From Polaromonas sp. (GTDB taxonomy: Bacteria > Pseudomonadota > Gammaproteobacteria > Burkholderiales > Burkholderiaceae_C), in the NCBI GenBank assembly GCA_028292745.1, contig JAQGLT010000056.1, forward strand, positions 15,860 to 79,859: 64,000 nt of DNA, written 5' to 3'. Both the position numbers and the translations under genes were made by a program. The notes under the pieces were generated by a model, which made no database searches, was not told the origin of the DNA, and saw only the letters and a program-made list of their open reading frames with translations. This document shows, one piece after another, positions 10,567 to 19,352 of the stretch (position 1 is its first letter; the number at the start of each line of letters is the position of its first letter).

Positions 10567-11481
10567 GTGAACTTCAAGCATCTGCATTATTTTTGGGTCA
10601 CCGCCAAGGCGGGCGGCATCGTGCGTGCAGGCGAGCAACTGCACACCACGCCGCAAACGCTTTCCGGTCAGATCAAGCTGCTGGAAGCCCGTCTGGGGCG
10701 GCAGCTGTTTCGCAAAAGCGGGCGCCAGCTGGAGCTCACCGACGAAGGCCGGCTGGCATTGGGTTATGCCGACCAGATATTCACCCTGGGGACGGAAATG
10801 GAGATGGCCCTGAGGCAAACCCGGGGCGGCCAGAAAACGCTGGATTTTCGGGTCGGCGTAGCAGACTCGGTGGCCAAATCGGTGGTTTACCGCTTGCTGG
10901 AGCCTGCCCTGTCGATCAGCGAGCCCGTGCGGCTGATCTGCAGCGAGGGCAAATTTCCCGACCTGCTCGCCCAGCTGGCGCTGCACCGGCTGGACCTGGT
11001 CATGGCCGATGAGCCGATGTCGGGCCGCGTCAGCATCAAGGCCTTCAACCATCCGCTGGGCAGCACGCCGATGAGTTTTTTCTGCACGGCTGACCTCAAG
11101 GGCCGGCTCAAAGGGCCGTTTCCGCAGTGCCTGAACGATGCGCCAATGCTGATCCAGGGCGCCTCTTCATCGGTGCGCAAGCAGCTCGACAGCTGGTTCA
11201 CCAAGCATCAGATCCACCCGCGCATCATTGGCGAGTTCGACGATGGCGCGCTGATGAAAGCCTTTGGACGCGAGGGACGCGGCATCTTCATGTCGGCCAG
11301 CGTGCTCGAAGCCGAGACGCTCGCGCAGTACGGCGTAGAGATGATCGGCCGCACCGACGAGATGGTGGAGGATTTTTTTGCGGTATCGGTCGAGCAGCGC
11401 ATCACCCATCCGTGCGTGGCGGCGATTACCCAGGCCGCGCGCGGCCAGCTGCTGCACGGAATGAATCGCAAAAGCGCCTGA
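10567..11481 (+). CDS. nhaR: LysR-family activator, NhaR-like
   Basis: NFKHLHYFW..HTTPQTLSGQIK, GEFDDGALMKAFG and ITHPCV are typical of NhaR. GTG start. Confidence 0.8.
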   Translation: MNFKHLHYFWVTAKAGGIVRAGEQLHTTPQTLSGQIKLLEARLGRQLFRKSGRQLELTDEGRLALGYADQIFTLGTEMEMALRQTRGGQKTLDFRVGVADSVAKSVVYRLLEPALSISEPVRLICSEGKFPDLLAQLALHRLDLVMADEPMSGRVSIKAFNHPLGSTPMSFFCTADLKGRLKGPFPQCLNDAPMLIQGASSSVRKQLDSWFTKHQIHPRIIGEFDDGALMKAFGREGRGIFMSASVLEAETLAQYGVEMIGRTDEMVEDFFAVSVEQRITHPCVAAITQAARGQLLHGMNRKSA

Positions 11482-11791
11482 AAACGGCCCCCCGTCAGGA
11501 GCGTCATAGCCGGGCGGATGGCGATGGCCATGGCTTTGGGCAGCGCATCGGTTCAACGCCAGCTTGCATTATTCAGACGCTGCGGCAGCCGGCAGGAAGA
11601 GGTGCTGGCGTTTTGTCCGCCACAGGCGCCAAGCCAAAATACCGGGCAAAAAGAAGGTGTCGCGTCGTGATCGTTGGCATAGGGCTCCCGTGCCTCATTG
11701 GGTGGAAGTGGGCGCGGCCCGTGCGGCAGGCTGCGCAAGGCGTGGCCATAGTACAGGCCTCGCTCGCCGCCTGCTGGGTGCGCTGATCACC

Positions 11792-13426
11792 TCAGGTGAC
11801 AGGACCCAAGGCCTCAATGCGGTCCACATGCGCCTGCAGCGAACGCAGGGCGATGGGCCAGAGGCGCGGGTCGGTGTCGTCATAGGCCAAGGCCACCCAG
11901 TCCTGCGGCGTGCCGTCGGGCCGGGCGCGCATGGCGGCCGCCACCTTGGCCTCGCGCCTGAGGCGGTGCGCCCGGAGCTGGGCAATGGCTTGCCGGGCCG
12001 AACCCAGCACATGGCCGTGCGCCGGCAGGATGAAGTCGATGCCATGCGCCTCGCAGGCGCTGCCAAGCAGGTTTAGTGAGTCGAGGTAAGCGGTCATTTC
12101 GCCGTCGGGCGGGCTGACGATGGTGGTGCTGCCGTTGAGGATGTGGTCGCCCGAGAACAGCAGGCCGTCTTCCACCAGCACCAGGCAGACATGGTTGGCC
12201 GCATGGCCAGGGGTGAAAATAACCTTCAAAGTGTGCTTTTGCGCTTGATCAGCAAGCACAAGCAGCTCATCATTTGATAGCGGCCGGTCGGGCGTGAAAA
12301 GGGAATCGGCGCGTGCCGTGGCCGCAGACGGCAAACCCAGGATCGGCGGGCGCTGCACGCACAGCGCCTGCAGCGGGCGGGCAGCCGGTGAGTGGTCGGG
12401 ATGCGAATGGGTGCAGACAATCGCCTCGATGCGCCCGCCCGTGGCCGCGTACAGGCGCTCGATGTGCGCCGCGTCGTTCGGTCCCGGGTCAATGACGATG
12501 TAACCGCTGCCTGCCGTGCCGACGATGTAGCTGTTGGTGCCGGGGCCGGTCATGGTGCCGGGGTTGGACGCGGTCAGGCGCATGACGTTTTTCAAAAGCG
12601 GCACGGCGCTTTCGGACTGCCAGTCGAGCGAATGCACCAGCTGGCCGTCGGGGCTGGTCAGCGCCAGTTCGCCGTAGGGCGGCTCATGCTCCATGAAGCG
12701 CGCCTCCCGCCCGCCCAGCAGACCGGCGCGCGGGCACGAGGTCCAGAGCGGCTGGTCATGCCCGCAAGCCATGAGCACCGCCTCCACGCTGGCGTAATGC
12801 TGCAGCCGCTCCAGCGTGCGAAGGGTCGGGAAAATCATGAAAAAACGGCCGTCCGCATGCCGGGCCAGCGCGTCGGCGGGGCGGACCCAGCTGGGCTCGA
12901 ACTGCTCGGCTTCGTCAGCCGCCGGTGTCTGGCCCTCGGGCATGCGGGCGACCAGAAAAGGAACGTCGAAACGGCGCGGCATGTCCCGGTCGGTCACCCA
13001 GTGGGCCAGCACAAAGATGTCGGCGCCTGCCAAGGTGAGCCCTTGCGCCTGGCACTGCGGGGCAAAAGGCGCCTGCCGGTCCAGTGCGGCAATGTCCTGC
13101 GCGGTGGCAGGGCGGCCATCGGCATGGCGCGCCAGCAGCACGCCGAGTTCTTCAAAGCTCTCGCGGATGGCGGCGATGGCCTGCGTGAGGTGCAGGTCAG
13201 ACTGGCCAGGCCGGCGCGTCGATTGCCCATGGGCCGCGGCATCGGCCGCATCAATGCCGCCGCCGGGAAAAACGTAGGCGCCGGGCGCAAAGCTGGCGCT
13301 TGGGGAGCGCCGTGTCATCAGCACTTCGATGCCCTCGGCCGTGTCGCGCAGCAGCAGCACGGTGGCGGCGGGCCGGGTGGGCGCGGGTTCGCGCTGGGGA
13401 TAAAGGAGCTGGTTGGGTCTTGCCAT
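11792..13426 (-). CDS. Nudix hydrolase / metallo-beta-lactamase-fold fusion protein
   Basis: N-terminal YVFPGG..AIRESFEELG Nudix box. C-terminal GPGTNSY, THSHPDH, TPGH, GDH and PAHG. Confidence 0.88.
   Translation of the reverse strand: MARPNQLLYPQREPAPTRPAATVLLLRDTAEGIEVLMTRRSPSASFAPGAYVFPGGGIDAADAAAHGQSTRRPGQSDLHLTQAIAAIRESFEELGVLLARHADGRPATAQDIAALDRQAPFAPQCQAQGLTLAGADIFVLAHWVTDRDMPRRFDVPFLVARMPEGQTPAADEAEQFEPSWVRPADALARHADGRFFMIFPTLRTLERLQHYASVEAVLMACGHDQPLWTSCPRAGLLGGREARFMEHEPPYGELALTSPDGQLVHSLDWQSESAVPLLKNVMRLTASNPGTMTGPGTNSYIVGTAGSGYIVIDPGPNDAAHIERLYAATGGRIEAIVCTHSHPDHSPAARPLQALCVQRPPILGLPSAATARADSLFTPDRPLSNDELLVLADQAQKHTLKVIFTPGHAANHVCLVLVEDGLLFSGDHILNGSTTIVSPPDGEMTAYLDSLNLLGSACEAHGIDFILPAHGHVLGSARQAIAQLRAHRLRREAKVAAAMRARPDGTPQDWVALAYDDTDPRLWPIALRSLQAHVDRIEALGPVT
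12217..12282 (-). repeat. Double-palindrome motif copy 2 (inside Nudix-MBL gene)
   Basis: GCTAT-CAAATGA-TGAGC-TGCTT-GTGC-TTGCTGATCAA-GCGC. Confidence 0.72.
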
Positions 13427-13451
13427 GGCCTGATTTTGCAGCGAAATCGAC

Positions 13452-13513
13452 CCGCCAGCCGCCAGCCGCCAGCCGCAATGCCGCAATGCCGCAATGCCGC
13501 AATGCCGGCAATG
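13452..13513 (+). repeat. Compound short tandem repeat (CCGCCAG)3(CCGCAATG)4 plus one variant unit
   Basis: Read directly from the sequence; begins 26 bp from the Nudix-MBL start codon. Confidence 0.9.
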
Positions 13514-13726
13514 GTGATGAAACTTCGGGCGGCGTGATGCCTGAGGCCGGGAAACGCCAGTCCCACCTTGCCTGCGCCAGCGCGGGCACCGGCCTTGGCG
13601 GATGGCACTCTGTCCTGAGACGGCCCTAGCATCCCGCCTCGGGTGCTGTCAAGGCCGTTGTCGCATTGCCGCGAACGGCATGCGTCCGAAGCGCTGTAGG
13701 ACGCAGGCACCACTGATAATGCGGCC

Positions 13727-14605
13727 ATGCGAATCCGATTCACCAAAATGCACGGCGCTGGCAACGATTTCGTGGTGCTCGATGAAACCCGGGGCGCCCT
13801 GGGCCTGAGCACCGCGCAGTACCGTTTCCTGGCCGACCGCCACTTCGGCGTCGGCGCCGACCAGATTCTCACCGTGCGCCCTTCGCCGGCCGAAGGCATC
13901 GACTTTGAATATGTGATCCACAACGCGGACGGCGGCGAAGTCGAGCAGTGCGGCAATGGCGCGCGCTGCTTTATGCGCTTTGTGCGCGCGCAGGGCCTCA
14001 CCACCAAAGACGCGGTCAGGGTCCAGACCCTGGGCGGCGTGATCGAGCCGCGCCTGCAGGCCGACGGCCGCGTGACGGTGAACATGGGCGCGCCGGTGTT
14101 TGACCTGGACCGCATTCCGTTCAACGCCGACGGCTTGCTGCCGGAATCCTGCGGTTCATGGCAAAAATGGCCACTGGCGCTTGACCTGTCTGCGCAGGAT
14201 GCTCCTGTTCTGATAGCGGTCTTGTCGATGGGCAACCCGCACGCGGTGCAGCTGGTGGCCGATGTGGACACCGCGCCCGTCCTGCAGGCGGGCCCGCTGA
14301 TCGAGCGGCATGCGCGCTTTGCCCGGCGGGTGAACGCCGGCTTCATGCAGGTGGTGTCGCGCGGCCGGGTCCGGCTGCGGGTGTATGAGCGCGGCGCGGG
14401 CGAAACGCTGGCCTGCGGCACCGGCGCCTGTGCGGCGGCGGTAGCGGGCATTCGGCTCGGGCTGCTGGACAACCGGGTGGACGTGCTGACGCGCGGCGGC
14501 CAGCTGACCATCGCGTGGGCCGGCGCGCTGGATGCGCCGGTCATGATGACCGGCCCGGCCACCACCGTGTTTGAGTCCGAGATTGACATTCCCGACCTGC
14601 CGTGA
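13727..14605 (+). CDS. dapF: Diaminopimelate epimerase
   Basis: [26 protein letters not shown] and [11 protein letters not shown] motifs. Confidence 0.97.
   Translation: MRIRFTKMHGAGNDFVVLDETRGALGLSTAQYRFLADRHFGVGADQILTVRPSPAEGIDFEYVIHNADGGEVEQCGNGARCFMRFVRAQGLTTKDAVRVQTLGGVIEPRLQADGRVTVNMGAPVFDLDRIPFNADGLLPESCGSWQKWPLALDLSAQDAPVLIAVLSMGNPHAVQLVADVDTAPVLQAGPLIERHARFARRVNAGFMQVVSRGRVRLRVYERGAGETLACGTGACAAAVAGIRLGLLDNRVDVLTRGGQLTIAWAGALDAPVMMTGPATTVFESEIDIPDLP
14155..14218 (-). repeat. Double-palindrome motif copy 3 (inside dapF)
   Basis: GCTAT-CAGAACA-GGAGC-ATCCT-GCGC-AGACAGGTCAA-GCGC-CAGTGGCCATTTTTG. Confidence 0.78.
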
Positions 14606-14663
14606 CCCGGTCTGGTCGCTGCGCAACAGGTGATGACCTGCAAAAAATGGAGACTATTGCGAC

Positions 14664-15380
14664 ATGAACCCTGCCCACTATTCGATTACCGAAGACGACA
14701 TTGCCGACTTCCTGGCCAGCACGCCCGACTTCTTCGAGCGCCATGCCGAATTGCTGGCGTCGGTGCAGCTCTCCAGCGGCCATGGCACCCGCGCCATCAG
14801 CCTGCAGGAGCGCCAGGCCAGCATGCTGCGCGACAAGATCAAGGCGCTGGAGAGCCAGGTGGTCGAGATGATCCGCCACGGCCAGGACAATGCGGTGCTG
14901 GCGTGCAAGATGCAGTCCTGGACGTGCAGGCTGCTGCAGACGGCCCAGGCCCGCGACCTGCCCGATGCCATCGTGCGCGAGATCGCCAGCGAGTTCCAGA
15001 TTCCACAGGTGGCCATCAAGGTCTGGGCGGTCGATGCGGTGCATGCCGGCGAGGCGTTCGCCACCGGCGCCAGCAGCGACGTGCAGGCATTCGCCGCGTC
15101 CCTGGGCAGCCCGTACTGCGGCGTCAATGCCGGCTTCGAGGCCGCCGGCTGGCTGCCCGGTCCGGCGCAGGCGCAGTCGCTGGCGATGATTCCCCTGCGC
15201 GCCGATGCGCAGGCGCCGGTTTGCGGCCTGCTGGTGCTGGCATCGCCCGACGCGCAGCGTTTTCACAGCGGCATGGGCACTGAATTCCTGGAGCGGCTGG
15301 GTGAACTGGCCGGCGCGGCTGTCTCACGGCTTCATGCGCCGGCGGACATTGCCGCCGCCGGGGCTGAACAGGTGGCATGA
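14664..15380 (+). CDS. DUF484 family protein (YigA-like)
   Basis: PDFFERH, AISLQERQ..LR and RFHSGMGTEFL motifs. Conserved dapF-DUF484-xerC order. Confidence 0.88.
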   Translation: MNPAHYSITEDDIADFLASTPDFFERHAELLASVQLSSGHGTRAISLQERQASMLRDKIKALESQVVEMIRHGQDNAVLACKMQSWTCRLLQTAQARDLPDAIVREIASEFQIPQVAIKVWAVDAVHAGEAFATGASSDVQAFAASLGSPYCGVNAGFEAAGWLPGPAQAQSLAMIPLRADAQAPVCGLLVLASPDAQRFHSGMGTEFLERLGELAGAAVSRLHAPADIAAAGAEQVA

Positions 15381-16429
15381 CACCCGCCACGCCCGCTGAC
15401 GCGCGGTTGCCACCGGCCGGCGCCGCAACCGAGGAGGTGGACCCGCTGGTCAGGCGCTACCTGGACTACGTGCGGGTCGAAAAGCGGCTGGCCGGGCGCA
15501 CCGTCGAGCTGTACACGGCCGACCTGCGCAAGCTGCAGGCGCATGCGCGCCAGGCCGGCGTGGTGCTGACCCAAGTCCAGCACATCCACCTGCGGCGCTG
15601 GGTGGCGCAGATGCACTCCAGCGGGCGCAGCGGCCGGGGCATCGCGCTGATCCTGTCGGGCTGGCGCGGGTTTTACGCCTGGCTGGGCCGCGAAGGCCTG
15701 GTGCCGGGCAATCCGGTGCAGGATGTGCGCTCGCCCAAGGTGGCCAAGCCGCTGCCCAAGGCCCTGAGCGTCGACGAAGCCGTGCAACTGGCCGCTTTCC
15801 AGGCCGATGCGGGGTGCGGCGCCGATCCCTTTCTGGAAGCGCGCGACCAGTGCATCACCGAGCTGCTCTACGGCTGCGGCCTGCGCATTGGCGAGCTGGT
15901 CGGCCTGGATGTGCAGGCCAGCGGCCAGGCGCGCGGCTGGATCGACCTGGCCGGGGGTGAGGCCCATGTGCTTGGCAAGGGCGAAAAGCGGCGCAGCGTG
16001 CCCGTCGGCAGCGCGGCCCTGCAGTCGCTGCGCAAGTGGCTGGCGGTGCGCGGCAGCTGGGCGCGGCCCGGCGTCGAACTGGGCGAGGCGCTGTTCGTCA
16101 ACCAGCGCGGCAGCCGGCTCACGCCGCAGCACATCCGCGTGCGGCTCAAGCAGCGTTCGCAGCAGGCCGGGCTGGCAACCCCGGTGCATCCGCACATGCT
16201 GCGCCATTCCTTCGCCAGCCATGTGCTGCAGTCCAGCGGCGACCTGCGGGCGGTGCAGGAACTGCTGGGCCATGCCAACATCACGACCACCCAGGTGTAC
16301 ACCCGGCTCGATTTCCAGCACCTGGCCAAGATCTACGACGCCGCCCATCCCCGGGCGATTTCGGACGGGGCGGGCTCGAAAGCCAAACCGGCGCCGGCCA
16401 GGCTGCCGCCGAAAACGCCTGCCAAGTAG
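15377..16429 (+). CDS. xerC: Tyrosine recombinase XerC
   Basis: YGCGLRIGEL, GKGEKRR, HPHMLRHSFASH and LGHANITTTQVYT; housekeeping synteny. Confidence 0.92.
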   Translation: MTPATPADARLPPAGAATEEVDPLVRRYLDYVRVEKRLAGRTVELYTADLRKLQAHARQAGVVLTQVQHIHLRRWVAQMHSSGRSGRGIALILSGWRGFYAWLGREGLVPGNPVQDVRSPKVAKPLPKALSVDEAVQLAAFQADAGCGADPFLEARDQCITELLYGCGLRIGELVGLDVQASGQARGWIDLAGGEAHVLGKGEKRRSVPVGSAALQSLRKWLAVRGSWARPGVELGEALFVNQRGSRLTPQHIRVRLKQRSQQAGLATPVHPHMLRHSFASHVLQSSGDLRAVQELLGHANITTTQVYTRLDFQHLAKIYDAAHPRAISDGAGSKAKPAPARLPPKTPAK

Positions 16430-16501
16430 GCCGCTTGGCTGGGCTGGGACGGTTGCCGCGCGCCATGCCCTCTGCAACCCACAGCCGCGACAATAGCGGC
16501 C

Positions 16502-17734
16502 ATGAAAATCATTCGACTCAAAGACGGCAGGGAACGCTCCTTGCTGCGCCGCCACCCGTGGGTTTTTGATGGCGCCGTCGCCAGTGGCGGCGGTGACGCC
16601 GGCGAAACCGTGCGTATCGAAAGCCACGCCGGCCAGTTCCTGGGCTGGGCCGCCTTCAGCCCCAGTTCCAAAATCCGCGCACGGGTCTGGAGCTTTGCCG
16701 AGGCCCAGCCCATAGACGCTTCTTTTTTCATAGCGCGTATCGCAGACGCCATAAGCGCTAGAGGCCGATTTGATATAAAAAGCGATGGTTTGCGCCTGAT
16801 CCACGGCGAATCCGACGGCTTGCCCGGCCTGGTGGTGGACCGTTACGGCGACACGCTGGTCGCGCAGTTCTCCAGTTGCGGAAGCGAAAAATGGAAGCAG
16901 GTGATCGTTCAGGCACTGCTGGCGCAAACCGGCCTGACGCGCCTGTACGAGCGCTCGGACGCCAGCGTCAGGGCGCTTGAAGGCCTGCCCGAAGCCACCG
17001 GCTGGCTGGCCCATCCAGGCCTTGAATCTGGCCTGCAAGCACCGGGCGCGCCGTTTCCGGACGACACCGGCATCACTATCACCGAGCACGACTGGAAGCT
17101 GAGCCTGGACATTGCCGAGGGCCACAAAACCGGCTTCTACCTCGACCAGCGCGACAGCCGCCTGAAGTTTGCCGCCTATGCGCGCCGGCTGCAGTTCCAG
17201 GACGTGCTCAACTGCTACTGCTACACCGGCGGCTTCACCGTGGCCGCGCTGGCGGGCGGCGCGGCGCATGTCACCTCCATCGATTCATCCGGCCCGGCGA
17301 TCGAGCGGGCAAAGGCCAACGTGGCCCTGAACGGCTTTGACGCCGGCCGCACCACCATGCGCGACGCCGATGTCAACGCCTCGCTGCGCGAGTACCTCAA
17401 GGAAGGCCGGATGTTTGACGCCATCGTGCTCGATCCGCCGAAATTCGCGCCCACGGTAACCCATGCCGAGCAGGCCGCCCGTGCCTACAAGGACATCAAC
17501 CGGCTGGCGCTGTCGATTCTGGCGCCCGGCGGCGTGCTGTTCACTTACTCCTGCTCGGGCGGCATCAGCGCCGACCTGTTCCACAAGATCGTGGCGTCGG
17601 CCGGCACTGATGCCGGCGTGGACGCCTTTATTTCCGAGCGCATGGGCGGCGCGGCCGATCACCCGATGACGGTGGCGTTTCCCGAAGGCGAGTATCTCAA
17701 GGGGCTGGTGCTGGTCAAGCGCCCGGCGAACTGA
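16502..17734 (+). CDS. rlmI: Class I SAM-dependent rRNA methyltransferase (RlmI-like)
   Basis: PUA-like RHPWVF, ESDGLPG, GHKTGFYLDQRD, LDPPKF and EGEYLKG motifs. Confidence 0.85.
   Translation: MKIIRLKDGRERSLLRRHPWVFDGAVASGGGDAGETVRIESHAGQFLGWAAFSPSSKIRARVWSFAEAQPIDASFFIARIADAISARGRFDIKSDGLRLIHGESDGLPGLVVDRYGDTLVAQFSSCGSEKWKQVIVQALLAQTGLTRLYERSDASVRALEGLPEATGWLAHPGLESGLQAPGAPFPDDTGITITEHDWKLSLDIAEGHKTGFYLDQRDSRLKFAAYARRLQFQDVLNCYCYTGGFTVAALAGGAAHVTSIDSSGPAIERAKANVALNGFDAGRTTMRDADVNASLREYLKEGRMFDAIVLDPPKFAPTVTHAEQAARAYKDINRLALSILAPGGVLFTYSCSGGISADLFHKIVASAGTDAGVDAFISERMGGAADHPMTVAFPEGEYLKGLVLVKRPAN
16717..16781 (+). repeat. Double-palindrome motif copy 4 (inside rlmI)
   Basis: GCTTC-TTTTTTC-ATAGC-GCGTA-TCGC-AGACGCCATAA-GCGC-TAGAGGCCGATTTGATATAAAA. 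Confidence 0.78.
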
Positions 17735-17800
17735 AAATAGTGGTCAAATCGGCCTCTGGCGCATGTGGTGTATGTGTTAATTGCTATTAAAATCATAGCA
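17735..17800 (-). repeat. Double-palindrome motif copy 5 (immediately after the rlmI stop)
   Basis: GCTAT-GATTTTA-ATAGC-AATTA-ACAC-ATACACCACAT-GCGC-CAGAGGCCGATTTGA. Confidence 0.8.
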
Positions 17801-17856
17801 AATTTCCTGCGCTGCGGTCACGGCCTTGGCGGGCATGGGCCGGTCTGCCTCGGGGT

Positions 17857-17884
17857 CTTGAAGGCGCCGATAAACTTCCCAGTT
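17857..17884 (+). promoter_or_regulatory. Possible sigma32-type promoter for the cobW-like gene
   Basis: CTTGAA-N14-TCCCAGTT resembles the RpoH consensus. Confidence 0.35.
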
Positions 17885-17949
17885 CGGATCCTTGACCTTG
17901 CGCACCGTGCATTTTGTATTTTGTCGTTTCCGTTTTTTAGGTAAACACC

Positions 17950-19014
17950 ATGAGCTTGATTCCTGTCACCATCCTCACCGGCTTTCTGGGCTCGGGCAAG
18001 ACCACGCTGCTCAAGCGCATTCTGACCGAGGCCCACGGCCAGAAGATCGCCGTCATCGAAAACGAATTCGGCGAGGAAAACATCGACAACGAGATCCTCG
18101 TCAACGACACCCAGGAAAACATCATCCAGATGAACAACGGCTGCATCTGCTGCTCGATTCGCGAAGACCTGCGCGAAACCTTGCAACTGCTGGCTGCCAA
18201 GAAGCGCACGGGCGTGCTGGACTTCGAGCGCGTGGTGATCGAAACCACCGGCCTGGCCGACCCCGGCCCGGTGGCGCAGACCTTTTTCATGGACGAGGAA
18301 ATCGCCGAGCAGTACCTGCTTGACTCCATCCTGACGCTGGTCGATGCCAAGCATGCGCCGCAGCAGCTCAACGACCGCCAGGAGGCGCGCCGGCAAGTGG
18401 GCTTCGCCGACCAGATCTTCATCAGCAAGTCCGACCTGGTGGCCGAAAACGAAGTGCAGGCGCTGATGCACCGCCTGGCGCACATGAATCCGCGCGCACC
18501 GCAAAAAGCCGTGCATTTCGGCGAGGTGGCGATTGCCGATGTGTTCGACCTGCGCGGCTTCAACCTCAATGCCAAGCTCGACATCGACCCGGATTTCCTC
18601 AAGGAGGACGGCCATGAGGCGCATGAGCACCATGACCATGCGCACGGCGAGCATTGCGACCATCCGTCCCATGCGGCCCAAGGCGACGCGCAGGGCGGCC
18701 ACCATCATCACCATGACGACGATGTCAAAAGCTTTGTGTTCCGCTCCGACAAGCCGTTCAGCCCGGCCAAGCTCGAAGACTTCCTGGGTGCCGTGGTCAA
18801 CATCTATGGCCCGCGCCTGTTGCGCTACAAGGGCGTGCTGAACATGGAAGGCACTGATCGCAAGGTGATTTTCCAGGGGGTGCATCAACTCATGGGCAGC
18901 GACCTCGGGCCCGTGTGGGCGCAGGGCGAGACGAAAACCAGCAAGATGGTCTTTATCGGCATTGATCTGCCCAAAGATATCTTCATGCAAGGCCTGGAGC
19001 AGTGCCTGGTGTGA
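17950..19014 (+). CDS. COG0523 / CobW-YjiA family metal-chaperone GTPase
   Basis: GFLGSGKTT, NEFGE, GCICC, ETTGLADP, a His-rich linker and a CobW_C domain. Confidence 0.93.
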   Translation: MSLIPVTILTGFLGSGKTTLLKRILTEAHGQKIAVIENEFGEENIDNEILVNDTQENIIQMNNGCICCSIREDLRETLQLLAAKKRTGVLDFERVVIETTGLADPGPVAQTFFMDEEIAEQYLLDSILTLVDAKHAPQQLNDRQEARRQVGFADQIFISKSDLVAENEVQALMHRLAHMNPRAPQKAVHFGEVAIADVFDLRGFNLNAKLDIDPDFLKEDGHEAHEHHDHAHGEHCDHPSHAAQGDAQGGHHHHHDDDVKSFVFRSDKPFSPAKLEDFLGAVVNIYGPRLLRYKGVLNMEGTDRKVIFQGVHQLMGSDLGPVWAQGETKTSKMVFIGIDLPKDIFMQGLEQCLV

Positions 19015-19352
19015 TCGGGCCGAGGCGTGCGGTTGGTCACGCGGAGCCAATGCAAAAATGGACAGGGCGCTAGCGTTTTCCCTGCAATTGAGGTCGAGGT
19101 CAGCCTACTGCGCCAGCAAGCCATTACAATCGCGCGCCGACCAAAATACCCGGAGATCTGAATCGGGACACCCGCCAGAGAAAAACAGCCGCTTGATGTA
19201 GGCGGCTGAAACCGCGTTAAAGTGGACTCAGCGGTTGGATCGGCGCAGACACACCAGAATATCTGGCACCAGATAGGGCCTGATTGCTGAAAGGCATAGG
19301 CAAAAAGCGGTTCGGGGCATGTGCCCGGGCCGGTTTTCAGAGGAGAGACTCA

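Noticed and set aside
11482-11791. 310-bp gap between convergent genes, with short ORFs
   Set aside because: I found no recognisable RBS, motif or RNA structure.
13452-13513. Possible CRISPR array
   Set aside because: The units are 7-8 bp with no spacers, and the window has no cas genes.
15377-16429. Tyrosine recombinase as a prophage or island integrase
   Set aside because: The dapF-DUF484-xerC synteny marks housekeeping XerC, and I saw no att sites or cargo.
15332-17269. 645-aa minus-strand ORF and the many similar long antisense ORFs
   Set aside because: They are shadows of xerC/rlmI and other well-supported genes.
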